A DNA stretch of 64,000 nt from Candidatus Bathyarchaeota archaeon (lineage in GTDB: Archaea; Thermoproteota; Bathyarchaeia; Bathyarchaeales; Bathycorpusculaceae): contig CAVQPF010000015.1 of NCBI GenBank assembly GCA_963714725.1, positions 50,213 through 114,212 on the forward strand, in the 5' to 3' direction. Each line of letters starts with the position of its first letter. Positions within the stretch are counted from its first letter, which is position 1. Shown one piece after another: positions 28,550-36,825 of this stretch. The notes below the pieces were generated by a model, which was not told the DNA's origin, made no database searches, and saw only the letters and a list, made by a program, of their open reading frames with translations. The position numbers and the translations under genes are program-made.

Positions 28550-30148
28550 ATGAGCCAAAAAATTGTTGGACATGGAACATGGTATGATCTGATGGCTCAA
28601 AAGATAATAAAACGAGAAAAGAGGCTCAATCGAAGTTTATCTAATATCAAAACTGAAATGGGTCTAGGAGCTTCTGGTTTTCCACATATTGGTAGCCTAG
28701 GAGACGCCGCTCGCTCTTATGCTGTAACCTTGGCTTTAAGAGAAATGGGTTACAAATCTGAATTAGTGGCTTTTTGCGATGATAAGGATGGTTTACGAAA
28801 AGTACCCTTCGGGCTACCTGATTCATTAGAAAAATACTTGGGTTATTCTGTTTCGAGTATTCCAGATGTTTTTGGGTGTCATGAGAGTTATGGTAAGCAC
28901 ATGAGTTCTCTTTTATTGGACTCTCTGGACAAATGTTGTATTGAATACAACTATTTGTCTGCAAAGCAAGCATATGATTCTGGGTTATTAACTGAGGAGA
29001 TCAGAACTATACTTCTTAATGCCAAAAGAGTTGGGCAGATTGTTAAGGAGGAAGTAGGTCAAGACCGATATACTGAAGTTTTACCTTATTTTCCTGTTTG
29101 TGAAAATTGTGGTCAGATTTATACCACAAAAGCTACCGAGTTTTCCGCTGAAGACAACGTAGTAGTCTATTCTTGTGATGGTTTAGAAATCGGAGGAAAA
29201 CATATTCAAGGTTGTGGTCATAAAGGTGAAGTAGATATAACAACTGGCGCTGGAAAACTGAGTTGGAAAGGAGAATTTGCTGCTCGATGGAAAGCTTTGG
29301 ATATTCGTTTTGAGGCTTTTGGTAAAGATATAGCAGACTCTGTTCGAATAAACGATAGGATATCACGAGAAATTTTGTGTTTTGAGCCTCCTTCTCATGC
29401 TCAATATGAAATGTTTTTAGATAAAGGTGGTAAGAAAATTTCAAAGTCAGCTGGGAATGTTTTTACTCCACAATTATGGTTTCGTTATGGTTCTCCACAA
29501 TCGCTTCTTTTGTTGATGTTGAAACGGTTTGTTGGGACCCGTAGTATAGCTGTCTCTGATATTCCAACTTATATGAATGAACTTGATTCTCTTGAAGATA
29601 TTTATTTTGGCAAGAAGAAAATACCTGATGTAAAAGAGCTTGAGAAACTTCGAGGATTGTACGAGTATTGTTGGGTTATGATCCCTCCTGAATATGTGAG
29701 TGTTCATATTCCCTATAATTTACTTGCATTTTTAGTTAAAATGGCTCCTGAAAATGGTTTTGAAGATTTTATTCTCAACAAACTACGAAATTATGGATAT
29801 CTTGAGAAAACACAATTATTTGATTCTGATCTCTATAAACGAATTGAATATGCTAAACATTGGTCTAAAGATTTTAAAGAAATAAAAGAAACTACTATTT
29901 TTCTTAAAGAAAATGAGAAAAAAGCTATAGTTGATTTGATTGTACTTTTAAAATCTGAAGATAATGCTGATAAGATTCAAAATGCGATTTTTAATGTTGC
30001 TAAAAACAATAATTTAAAACCTGGCGCCTTCTTTAGGGTTCTTTATTCTGTTTTAATGGGTGCTAATCAGGGACCTCGTTTAGGACCTTATGTGTTGGCG
30101 ATGGGGAAGCAAAATGTTATAGGGGCTTTGAAAAGAGCCTCTGATTAA
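28550..30148 (+). CDS. lysK: Lysyl-tRNA synthetase, class I
   Basis: 'HIGS' (HIGH-type) and 'KISKS' (KMSKS-type) class-I motifs, Zn-binding 'CENCGQ...YSCDG'. 'GTWYDLMAQKII' resembles the LysK N-terminus. Start taken at an internal ATG with upstream GAGG. Confidence 0.7.
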   Translation: MSQKIVGHGTWYDLMAQKIIKREKRLNRSLSNIKTEMGLGASGFPHIGSLGDAARSYAVTLALREMGYKSELVAFCDDKDGLRKVPFGLPDSLEKYLGYSVSSIPDVFGCHESYGKHMSSLLLDSLDKCCIEYNYLSAKQAYDSGLLTEEIRTILLNAKRVGQIVKEEVGQDRYTEVLPYFPVCENCGQIYTTKATEFSAEDNVVVYSCDGLEIGGKHIQGCGHKGEVDITTGAGKLSWKGEFAARWKALDIRFEAFGKDIADSVRINDRISREILCFEPPSHAQYEMFLDKGGKKISKSAGNVFTPQLWFRYGSPQSLLLLMLKRFVGTRSIAVSDIPTYMNELDSLEDIYFGKKKIPDVKELEKLRGLYEYCWVMIPPEYVSVHIPYNLLAFLVKMAPENGFEDFILNKLRNYGYLEKTQLFDSDLYKRIEYAKHWSKDFKEIKETTIFLKENEKKAIVDLIVLLKSEDNADKIQNAIFNVAKNNNLKPGAFFRVLYSVLMGANQGPRLGPYVLAMGKQNVIGALKRASD

Positions 30149-30240
30149 CGATAATTTAGATTAATTCAACTATTCTTTTTTATAACACTTAAAATGCCTA
30201 TTTGCTATTTTCTAATTTTTCTTTTAAGTACACTTTAATT

Positions 30241-30813
30241 TCATTTTTTACGAGGAGCTCCACAATTAGGGCAAAAAGACTCGGTATTTTTCATAAGACT
30301 TTCACAATATTCGCATGAAACCATCACTGTTTTCTCTTCTCCTGTAGTTTTTCCTATTGTAGGTTTTACCACTTGAAGTTCTAGAGTTTTGCTTGTTACA
30401 TCGGGGCGATTATCGACTGCCACTACGCCTTTGACTCTCCAAGTGACATTGGTATCCAAACCGTCGTATGATTCTCTGCCTGCAATAGGGATAGTGAAAA
30501 CTATTGGAAACTCTTTTTTTAATCCAGGAACTATGTGGATCTGACCACTCGCCTTTGGATCAAAAGAATGTAAAGTAGCCTGATCCCAATAGACTTGTCT
30601 CTCGTTGCGTCCTAAACGTTTATTGAACACCCATCTTTCTTTTCTGCATCTTTCTATGCATCTAAGTTCTGCTCTAATTTCGGTTGAATCAAATTCTTCT
30701 TGAGAAGTTACAGTTATTGTACCGTTAATTGTATCTCCTAATTCGGCATGAGTAGCTGGAATTTTTAGTGAAATAATCGATTTTGGTGTTTTGAAACGTT
30801 TAAAAAAACCCAA
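30241..30813 (-). CDS. Spo0M/arrestin-N-like protein with C-terminal zinc ribbon
   Basis: 190 aa beta-rich protein with a Spo0M-like N-terminal region ('ISLKIPATHAELGDTINGTITV') ending in 'CEYCES...CPNCGAPRKK'. Family assignment is by pattern only. Confidence 0.35.
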   Translation of the reverse strand: MGFFKRFKTPKSIISLKIPATHAELGDTINGTITVTSQEEFDSTEIRAELRCIERCRKERWVFNKRLGRNERQVYWDQATLHSFDPKASGQIHIVPGLKKEFPIVFTIPIAGRESYDGLDTNVTWRVKGVVAVDNRPDVTSKTLELQVVKPTIGKTTGEEKTVMVSCEYCESLMKNTESFCPNCGAPRKK

Positions 30814-30922
30814 AGACTAATTTCTCTCCTTAATTTCAAGTATTTTGATTTAATATATTGGATCTGGGTTATAATTCTTATATATACTTTTCAACCTAAG
30901 AATAATTATGGGTGATTCATAA

Positions 30923-31369
30923 ATGGATGAGCAAGAAACTATTAATAATATTAAGAGCAAACAGGGAATTCTAGATCGGATTCAGAACTTCTTTACTTTA
31001 GGGTATGGTACCAAAGAGGATTTGAGAGAATTAGATAAAAAATTGAGAGATTTTATGTATGAAGATTTTCGTGACTTACGACATGTTTGGGAAGACATTT
31101 ATTTAGAGGCTATAAATGCAAATATCTCAGTGTCTAGTTCAAAATTCAAAAAAATAATTCAAGTCTTAGATAGGTTGATGGAAAAAGTTAGACATGCTGA
31201 TTACGGGTATGCTGGACTAATGGATAGAAAAGGTCACATACGCGAAGAAGAACTTGCCAGAGTATTCAATTTTGACCAAGTTTTGAGTAAAGATGTTGAA
31301 GAAATCAAGCAGGTAATAACTAAGACTAGTGATGATGTTGAAGATGAAAACTGGGTAGCACATCTCTGA
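30923..31369 (+). CDS. Hypothetical acidic helical protein
   Basis: 148 aa, divergently transcribed from 30241..30813. No recognised motif. Confidence 0.25.
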   Translation: MDEQETINNIKSKQGILDRIQNFFTLGYGTKEDLRELDKKLRDFMYEDFRDLRHVWEDIYLEAINANISVSSSKFKKIIQVLDRLMEKVRHADYGYAGLMDRKGHIREEELARVFNFDQVLSKDVEEIKQVITKTSDDVEDENWVAHL

Positions 31370-31469
31370 TGAAGTAAAGAAAATAAAAAAATTATTATTA
31401 ACCTTTGAAGATAAACTTCAAGAACGAAAAGAAAAATTTAGGCCTTTGGACAATTAGGAAGATATTAAA

Positions 31470-32531
31470 ATGCCAATTATTGAAAAAGTTTCTTGGGATT
31501 TCGGAAATGATCAGGATATTGCTTATAGATTTCCTAACTTATCTTTAAAATATGGTAGTCAAGTTATCGTAAGAGAAAATCAATGGGCTGTTTTTTTCAG
31601 AGATGGAAAAGCTTATGATGTTTTTGGTCCTGGTAGACATACCATCACAAGCAAAAATATTCCCTTTCTTACTGCAGCATTACGAGCTTTAAAGGTAATT
31701 GGGGATATCTTTGAATGTGAGGTAGTTTTTGTTAGTAATAGTCAATATAGAGGTAATTTTGGGGGTCAAGCGTATTCTGCAGCAAGCGGGACCTTGGAAT
31801 ACCAAGCGGAAATCGGTTTTTATGGATATTTACTCTATAAAGTTGAAGACCCAAAATTATTTGTGGTTGAATTTTTTGGAAATAAAGGAGCTAGTACTTC
31901 TACTGACGTTGAAAGATATATTAGGGGTTTTATTAATGAGCGTGTAATCGATGAATTTGCTCATTTTGATACTTTTAACTTAGTTAAAAATGTTGATGAA
32001 ACTACAGATAAAGTCAGTTTGACAATTAGTGATGAAGCTGCTCGGATTGGAATTAAAGTAATTGATTGTATTTTTGAAGGAGTTAAAATACCTGAAGAAG
32101 CTAGAAGGTTTGCCTCTAGAATGGGCCAACAAGCTATGGCAATGCAATATATGAAAGAAACAACAGCTGAACTACCTGAGGGTGGAGGAGGAGGCGCAGC
32201 TGCAGCTGGAATTGGAGCAGGCGTTGGAATCGCTATGGGGACAACTATTGCAAAAGGAATGCAAACGCCAATTCCTGAAGAAACAATCCCTTGTCAACAA
32301 TGTGGAAAACAAAATCCAATTGGAACAAAATTCTGTGGCAATTGTGGAAGTAAAATGGGTTCTTTAAATATGGTGAAATGTCCAAAATGTGCAACGGAAA
32401 TGTCTCCTCAAATGAAATTCTGTGGCAATTGTGGCGCTAAAATGAGTCAAACTGAAGTTACCTGCTCAAACTGTAACACAAAAAATAAAGCTGATAGCAA
32501 ATTCTGCGGTAATTGCGGGAATAAACTCTAA
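31470..32531 (+). CDS. SPFH/Band-7_1 (YdjI-like) domain protein with four tandem C-terminal zinc ribbons
   Basis: N-terminal 'VSWDFGNDQDIAYRFPNLSLKYGSQVIVRENQWAVFFRDGKAYDVFGPGRHTI' is typical of Band_7_1 (virion-core-protein-like SPFH). Gly/Ala-rich linker. Four 'C..C...KFCGNCG' zinc-ribbon repeats. Confidence 0.5.
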   Translation: MPIIEKVSWDFGNDQDIAYRFPNLSLKYGSQVIVRENQWAVFFRDGKAYDVFGPGRHTITSKNIPFLTAALRALKVIGDIFECEVVFVSNSQYRGNFGGQAYSAASGTLEYQAEIGFYGYLLYKVEDPKLFVVEFFGNKGASTSTDVERYIRGFINERVIDEFAHFDTFNLVKNVDETTDKVSLTISDEAARIGIKVIDCIFEGVKIPEEARRFASRMGQQAMAMQYMKETTAELPEGGGGGAAAAGIGAGVGIAMGTTIAKGMQTPIPEETIPCQQCGKQNPIGTKFCGNCGSKMGSLNMVKCPKCATEMSPQMKFCGNCGAKMSQTEVTCSNCNTKNKADSKFCGNCGNKL

Positions 32532-32632
32532 CTTCTCACTTTTTTAGCAAATTACCTTTTTTTTAAAAACCTTTAGTTTCACAATATCTGAAAACTTCTG
32601 TAAGTCTAAGTTAATTATTTGTTAGAATTGAT

Positions 32633-32960
32633 CAAAAAACAAAAGCAAGACCCCTATTTTTTTGAGGATTCCCCTTAAAAAGGCCTATCTGCCCTTTTTT
32701 TATTGAATATATATTTCCATTTTCTTTTAGTTGACCAGCTTGTCCCTTTTTTATCGAATATATATTGCCGTTTTCTCGAGTAATACCCAACATACCATTT
32801 TTTACAGAATATATATTTCCACTATCATGAATAATGCCTATTACTTCTTTATTTAATGATAAAACATAACCATTTTTCTTTATAACTCCAAGAAGGAGAC
32901 CATTTCTAGTAATTACGCCTTTTTATCTACTTCAATAATTCCCAAAGTCAAGTTGTACCC
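32633..32960 (-). pseudogene. Decayed repeat-protein gene (tandem ~19-aa 'NGNIYSIKKGQ' repeats), frameshifted and startless
   Basis: The minus strand translates as '...ITRNGLLLGVIKKNGYVLSLNKEVIGIIHDS' then, after a frameshift, 'GNIYSVKNGMLGITRENGNIYSIKKGQAGQLKENGNIYSIKKGQIGLFKGNP'. No intact ORF longer than 60 aa. Confidence 0.35.
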
Positions 32961-33032
32961 ATCTAATAAATTAAAAACACAAAATAGTTTTAACGTTATG
33001 CTAAATTTTGCTGTTAAATTTTTCAATTAAAC

Positions 33033-33215
33033 TCATGCATTTTGGTTCTCTACACATAGACTACTATTTTTAAGTTTGAGCAGAGTGTTTACTATTTTGC
33101 CTTTCACTTGGGGTGAGGGTGCTAATCTAGTAGTTTGGGCCCGTAGTCTAGTACGGACCGTTTGTTTTCTGGAGACATCTCCCGCGTATCCCCCTCTTTT
33201 TAGAATATGAACCAA
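33033..33215 (-). CDS. Integrase N-terminal fragment (int(N)) of SSV-type partitioned integrase
   Basis: 60-aa ORF (TTG start). Residues 'RTRLRAQTTRLAPSPQVKGKIVNTLLKLKNS' are identical to the N-terminus of the integrase at 33803..34729. Spans the left direct repeat. Confidence 0.5.
   Translation of the reverse strand: MVHILKRGGYAGDVSRKQTVRTRLRAQTTRLAPSPQVKGKIVNTLLKLKNSSLCVENQNA
33063..33157. repeat. Left 95-bp direct repeat (attL)
   Basis: 33063-33157 is identical to 34595-34689 ('ACTATTTTTAAGTTTGAG...GGGCCCGTAGTCTAGTACGGA'). Contains the tRNA-Arg 5' 21 nt plus 74 bp of upstream sequence. Confidence 0.75.
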
Positions 33216-33498
33216 AAACTAAACTGTGATCTCTTTTTTTGTTTTCTCAGTTTAAACAGAATTTTGAGCTTGGTTTGTTTTGGATCTATCTCCTCTACAA
33301 TTAGTATAAGTATCCCACCTTAAAAGATGTCTCTGTAAAGTTAGGAGTATGAAAAAATTGGATTTTTTTTGTTTGGAGTAATTATTCTATTAAGCTTTTT
33401 TCTGCACTCAGAAAACGATGGCCCGATATGAGTTTATGTGATTAGAATGGATCAGTAAATATTTAATCGAGTTTCGACATTACTTATATACGGAGGTT

Positions 33499-33699
33499 TT
33501 GTTTTTGGAATATTGTTTAGATTGTGACGTGCCAATATCCACAACGCAACCAGCTAAAGTTTGGTTCTGTAATAATTGTAATAAAATTCTTCGGAGTGAT
33601 CAATTATTTAGATTACTAAATGAATTGAATATTAGTCAACAGAACATTGAAAATATTAAAACCGAACTTTGGAATAGGCAAGTGGCTATAGCTTTGTGA
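33499..33699 (+). CDS. Small zinc-ribbon protein carried by the integrated element
   Basis: 66 aa, TTG start preceded by GGAGG. 'CLDCD...CNNCNK' C4 arrangement. Confidence 0.3.
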   Translation: MFLEYCLDCDVPISTTQPAKVWFCNNCNKILRSDQLFRLLNELNISQQNIENIKTELWNRQVAIAL

Positions 33700-33802
33700 T
33701 TATGCTTATTTTTAAAACCCGAAAAATCTCATAATACAAAATAATATGTGAAAAAATGGGTTTTAAAATATCTGTTTGCGTTTTTTGAAAAGTTTGACTT
33801 CA

Positions 33803-34729
33803 TCAAACTCTGAAATACTCAAAACCCTGTTCTACAAGCTTTTTTGCTTCATCAACTGTTTTTGCTGTTGAACTATGATATTCTTCTGCTCCAAAATCTA
33901 TGTACTGCAAATAAAACAATGCTGTTTCAAGTTTTTTCCAGCATAGTTTTTGTTTTTTAAACGAAACATCTTTAGTTTGATTATACGTTTTGCAAGCTTG
34001 ATAATGTCTCAGATTGTAGAGTCTAATCGTGAGTAAACTTCGATCATTAAGTTTTTTGCTTTGTCTTTTTTTGTATTTTACCCATGATTTTGTCATCCAC
34101 TTCGACTCGGGGAAAGGACAATTCTTTTCACCGATTTTCGATAGATAAACTTGAAGCATTGCAGAAGTTTTATTTTTCAACTTAATTGTTCTGCTTGAGT
34201 GTCCTTTTCTGCCTCTTATCGAGATTGTCTCTCTATCAAAGTCGATATCTCGTAATGTAACTCTACTAAGCTCTATTGGCATAGCACCAGTTTCTTTGAG
34301 AAGCGTGAAGATTACCTTGTATTTCCATCCACATGAAAGAATTATCTTGTTCAAAATCTCTTCAGAAGGAATACGTGGTTTATTTTGTTCCCATCTGTAT
34401 TTTGGTCGTTCCCAAACCATGTTGTTGATTAAAGTATAGTAGTTGTAAGCTTTGACGAGATTTCCTTTAAAACCATTGTTTACATTCTTGTTTGCGCTGA
34501 ACTCTTTAACACTATCAGGTTCAGACAAATCAGAATTAACAGCAAGATGTCTGAGATAAAATCCTAAAATCTTAAAAGTCTGTTCTTGTAGACCACTATT
34601 TTTAAGTTTGAGCAGAGTGTTTACTATTTTGCCTTTCACTTGGGGTGAGGGTGCTAATCTAGTAGTTTGGGCCCGTAGTCTAGTACGGATTATGACACTG
34701 GCCTGCGGAGCCGGAGATCCTGGGTTCAA
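33803..34729 (-). CDS. int: Tyrosine recombinase/integrase, SSV-type (catalytic int(C) part, extended N-terminally through attR and antisense tRNA-Arg)
   Basis: Catalytic-box-like 'RGRKGHSSRTIKL' (Arg), 'LYNLRHYQA' (H-x-x-R) and C-terminal Tyr region. The first ~14 codons are antisense to tRNA-Arg outside the repeat. An alternative GTG start ('VKGKIVN...') lies within the repeat. Confidence 0.65.
   Translation of the reverse strand: MNPGSPAPQASVIIRTRLRAQTTRLAPSPQVKGKIVNTLLKLKNSGLQEQTFKILGFYLRHLAVNSDLSEPDSVKEFSANKNVNNGFKGNLVKAYNYYTLINNMVWERPKYRWEQNKPRIPSEEILNKIILSCGWKYKVIFTLLKETGAMPIELSRVTLRDIDFDRETISIRGRKGHSSRTIKLKNKTSAMLQVYLSKIGEKNCPFPESKWMTKSWVKYKKRQSKKLNDRSLLTIRLYNLRHYQACKTYNQTKDVSFKKQKLCWKKLETALFYLQYIDFGAEEYHSSTAKTVDEAKKLVEQGFEYFRV
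34595..34689. repeat. Right 95-bp direct repeat (attR), overlapping the 5' end of tRNA-Arg
   Basis: Identical to 33063-33157. 34669-34689 is the tRNA-Arg 5' acceptor/D region. Confidence 0.75.
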
Positions 34730-34744
34730 ATCCCAGCGGGCCCA
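34669..34744 (+). tRNA. tRNA-Arg (anticodon GCG)
   Basis: 76 nt. Acceptor 'GGGCCCG/CGGGCCC', anticodon stem-loop 'CTGGC-CTGCGGA-GCCGG', T-arm 'CTGGGTTCAAATCCCAG', discriminator A, no encoded CCA. D-loop is slightly long ('AGTACGGATTA'). Confidence 0.7.
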
Positions 34745-34790
34745 CTAACATTTTTAAATAAATTCTTAACCTTTTATTTACAAGTAGAAT

Positions 34791-35717
34791 TTATTGAATT
34801 AGTTTTTCCCAATTATTAACTAACTCAATGACTTCTTGAACAGGTTGGCCACCATAACTTCTTAATCGTTTTCGAAGCTCAAAATTATTTACTACTTTCT
34901 TCTGAAAATCTAATAGCTTGCTAGCTCCAGCAGCAAAATAAAGAATACCATCAATACCAGTTCGAGCACATCGAACACTAGTGGTTAGCAATTCAGCGGG
35001 TGGGGGGACATCTTTTGGGCTATCTCCTGGGCATGAAACATAGAGGCTGATATAAACTGGTTTTTTTAAGATTTTTTTGAATCCTCTTGCTAACATCTCC
35101 CAATACCAGGGAGTTGCATAGCTTTTACTTAGCATTACAACATTAAATGCGTCAGCATATTTTGCAAAATCTTCGAAGTCAACTCCATAGCGTTCATAAG
35201 CGGTAATTGGATCCGGTTGAATACACATGACTAACTCTTTTTTTACATGTTCTCTGATTTGTGCAATGTAATCAGTAACCTCTTTTCGTCGCCACTCCAG
35301 CCATGAAAGCCCACTTTTTTTCCATTTTTTGTCACATCTTAAACACGTACAATGACCATGATCCGCAAAATATTGGCTATTTAGCCATATACCTGGTGAT
35401 TGCCGATCAACTTCTTCAATATATTTTATTTGTTCTTCTCTATGTTCCGGTTGTGTTGCACACACTACATCCCAGTAAATATTATATTTGTAATTCCCAA
35501 ACTTGGCGGGACCAAGGAGTGATTGTGAAATCCAATTTTTATTATTTCGTGCAGCCACATTATCAGCAAAAACTGCAATGTTGCTATACATGTCTTGTCT
35601 GGGTGTAATTCTTTTACCTGTTTCTTGTTTAACACGTAAAACGTGAAAATCAAAACCTTGAGCTTTTTCTGGCTCATATACATATGCACCAAATCTCAAA
35701 TTATTCACCTGTCTCAA
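34791..35717 (-). CDS. Hypothetical protein (Cys/His-containing, possibly TIM-barrel hydrolase-like)
   Basis: 308 aa ORF directly downstream of tRNA-Arg. Contains 'HGHCTCLRCDKKW'. No confident family. Confidence 0.25.
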   Translation of the reverse strand: MRQVNNLRFGAYVYEPEKAQGFDFHVLRVKQETGKRITPRQDMYSNIAVFADNVAARNNKNWISQSLLGPAKFGNYKYNIYWDVVCATQPEHREEQIKYIEEVDRQSPGIWLNSQYFADHGHCTCLRCDKKWKKSGLSWLEWRRKEVTDYIAQIREHVKKELVMCIQPDPITAYERYGVDFEDFAKYADAFNVVMLSKSYATPWYWEMLARGFKKILKKPVYISLYVSCPGDSPKDVPPPAELLTTSVRCARTGIDGILYFAAGASKLLDFQKKVVNNFELRKRLRSYGGQPVQEVIELVNNWEKLIQ

Positions 35718-35948
35718 GCAAAGAAATTAAATAACGATTATAATGTTTCGGATAATTACTTATTTTAATATCTTTAACTTACTCTGCAGTTTAATTTGAA
35801 GCCAAATATCTAAAAATTATTTAATTTATTTATCATCAAAAAAATTAGCTTTTAGATTACCCCTAAATTTGCAACTTTATAATCAAAATATCCAATTTTC
35901 TTACGTGACATTATAGAAGTTCTGGTTGGCAAAAAATTTGGATTACTT

Positions 35949-36626
35949 CTATTCTCTACTTGAAAGAATAATTATGTAATCTGCAGTGTCAGCACACATG
36001 TCAGCAGCATGTTCAATAAATTCAATTAAATCATCAAAAATAATTAAAGCACCAGGATTCATGGTTTTACCATACCTCACAAACGACCTTTTAGTTCTCA
36101 AGTACTCTTTATCTAACTCGTGTTCAATAATTCCTACTTTTTCTGATCTGCTTATCGCTATTTTTGGGTTATCTGAAATCATCTCAATACTTGTTTGAAG
36201 TTTTTGAGCTATTTCAACCAGTTTTGAGGTCATAAACACCATTTTTTCACATAACTCTTTTGGTATCTCAGCTTCTGATAACATTTCCAGACACCTCGCA
36301 GCATCTTTTGTATGGTCTGCTAGAGTGTCTAACCTCTTCACAAGATGAAGTAAATCCTCTCGATAATCTGAAATGAGTGCAGCGCCTTTCGACAACTCTC
36401 GAAAGACTTTTGTTCGTAGTTCGTCTACTTCTTCCTCGGCTTTGTAAAGATTCTTTAAGTGTTTTTTTGTTTCTTTTATATTTCCTTCTACAAGACTCTT
36501 TGCTGCTTTATTCAGTAATATCACGGTATCAAACGCTTTAATTATTTGATTATGAGCAATCTCTAATCCTTTTGTTCTTCTTCTTTTCTCAAACCATCCA
36601 TATTTTCCTTTTTCCAAAAAATTCAA
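35949..36626 (-). CDS. PhoU-like/DUF47 (TIGR00153) phosphate-transport-regulator-related protein
   Basis: 225 aa all-helical protein with DUF47-like layout ('LVEGNIKETKKHLKNLYKAEEEVDELR', 'DDLIEFIEHAADMCADTADYI'). Confidence 0.5.
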   Translation of the reverse strand: MNFLEKGKYGWFEKRRRTKGLEIAHNQIIKAFDTVILLNKAAKSLVEGNIKETKKHLKNLYKAEEEVDELRTKVFRELSKGAALISDYREDLLHLVKRLDTLADHTKDAARCLEMLSEAEIPKELCEKMVFMTSKLVEIAQKLQTSIEMISDNPKIAISRSEKVGIIEHELDKEYLRTKRSFVRYGKTMNPGALIIFDDLIEFIEHAADMCADTADYIIILSSRE

Positions 36627-36825
36627 CCCCTCAATTCAAACTTGGAGCAATAACTCTGATTGTTATCTTATATGGTAAGTCTTTTAAATTAAAATGATGC
36701 TCTCAAAGTGAGGCAATCTAATGTTAGATATCATGAGCTATATTCACTCTGATTAATTGGAAATAAAATCAATCACCAATTCTCTAAAATTTTTTTTACT
36801 AATCTTTTTATAAATAATTAGCAAA

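Larger units (their letters stand above)
33063..34689. mobile_element. ~1.6 kb integrated mini-element: SSV-type integrase (split N/C) plus small Zn-ribbon ORF, bounded by 95-bp direct repeats at tRNA-Arg
   Basis: Perfect direct repeats. Integrase gene partitioned so that its attachment site lies inside its own N-terminal coding region. Insertion abuts a tRNA gene. Confidence 0.6.

Noticed and set aside
32690-32900. ~57-60-bp periodic repeats as a possible CRISPR array
   Set aside because: The units are degenerate (not identical), there are only ~3 copies, no spacer/repeat alternation and no adjacent cas genes. They translate into a coherent protein repeat on the minus strand.
33137-33157. 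Second tRNA-Arg copy at the left repeat
   Set aside because: Only the 5' 21 nt of the tRNA are duplicated. Downstream sequence ('CCGTTTGTTTTCTGGAG...') has no anticodon or T arm. It is the attL half-site.
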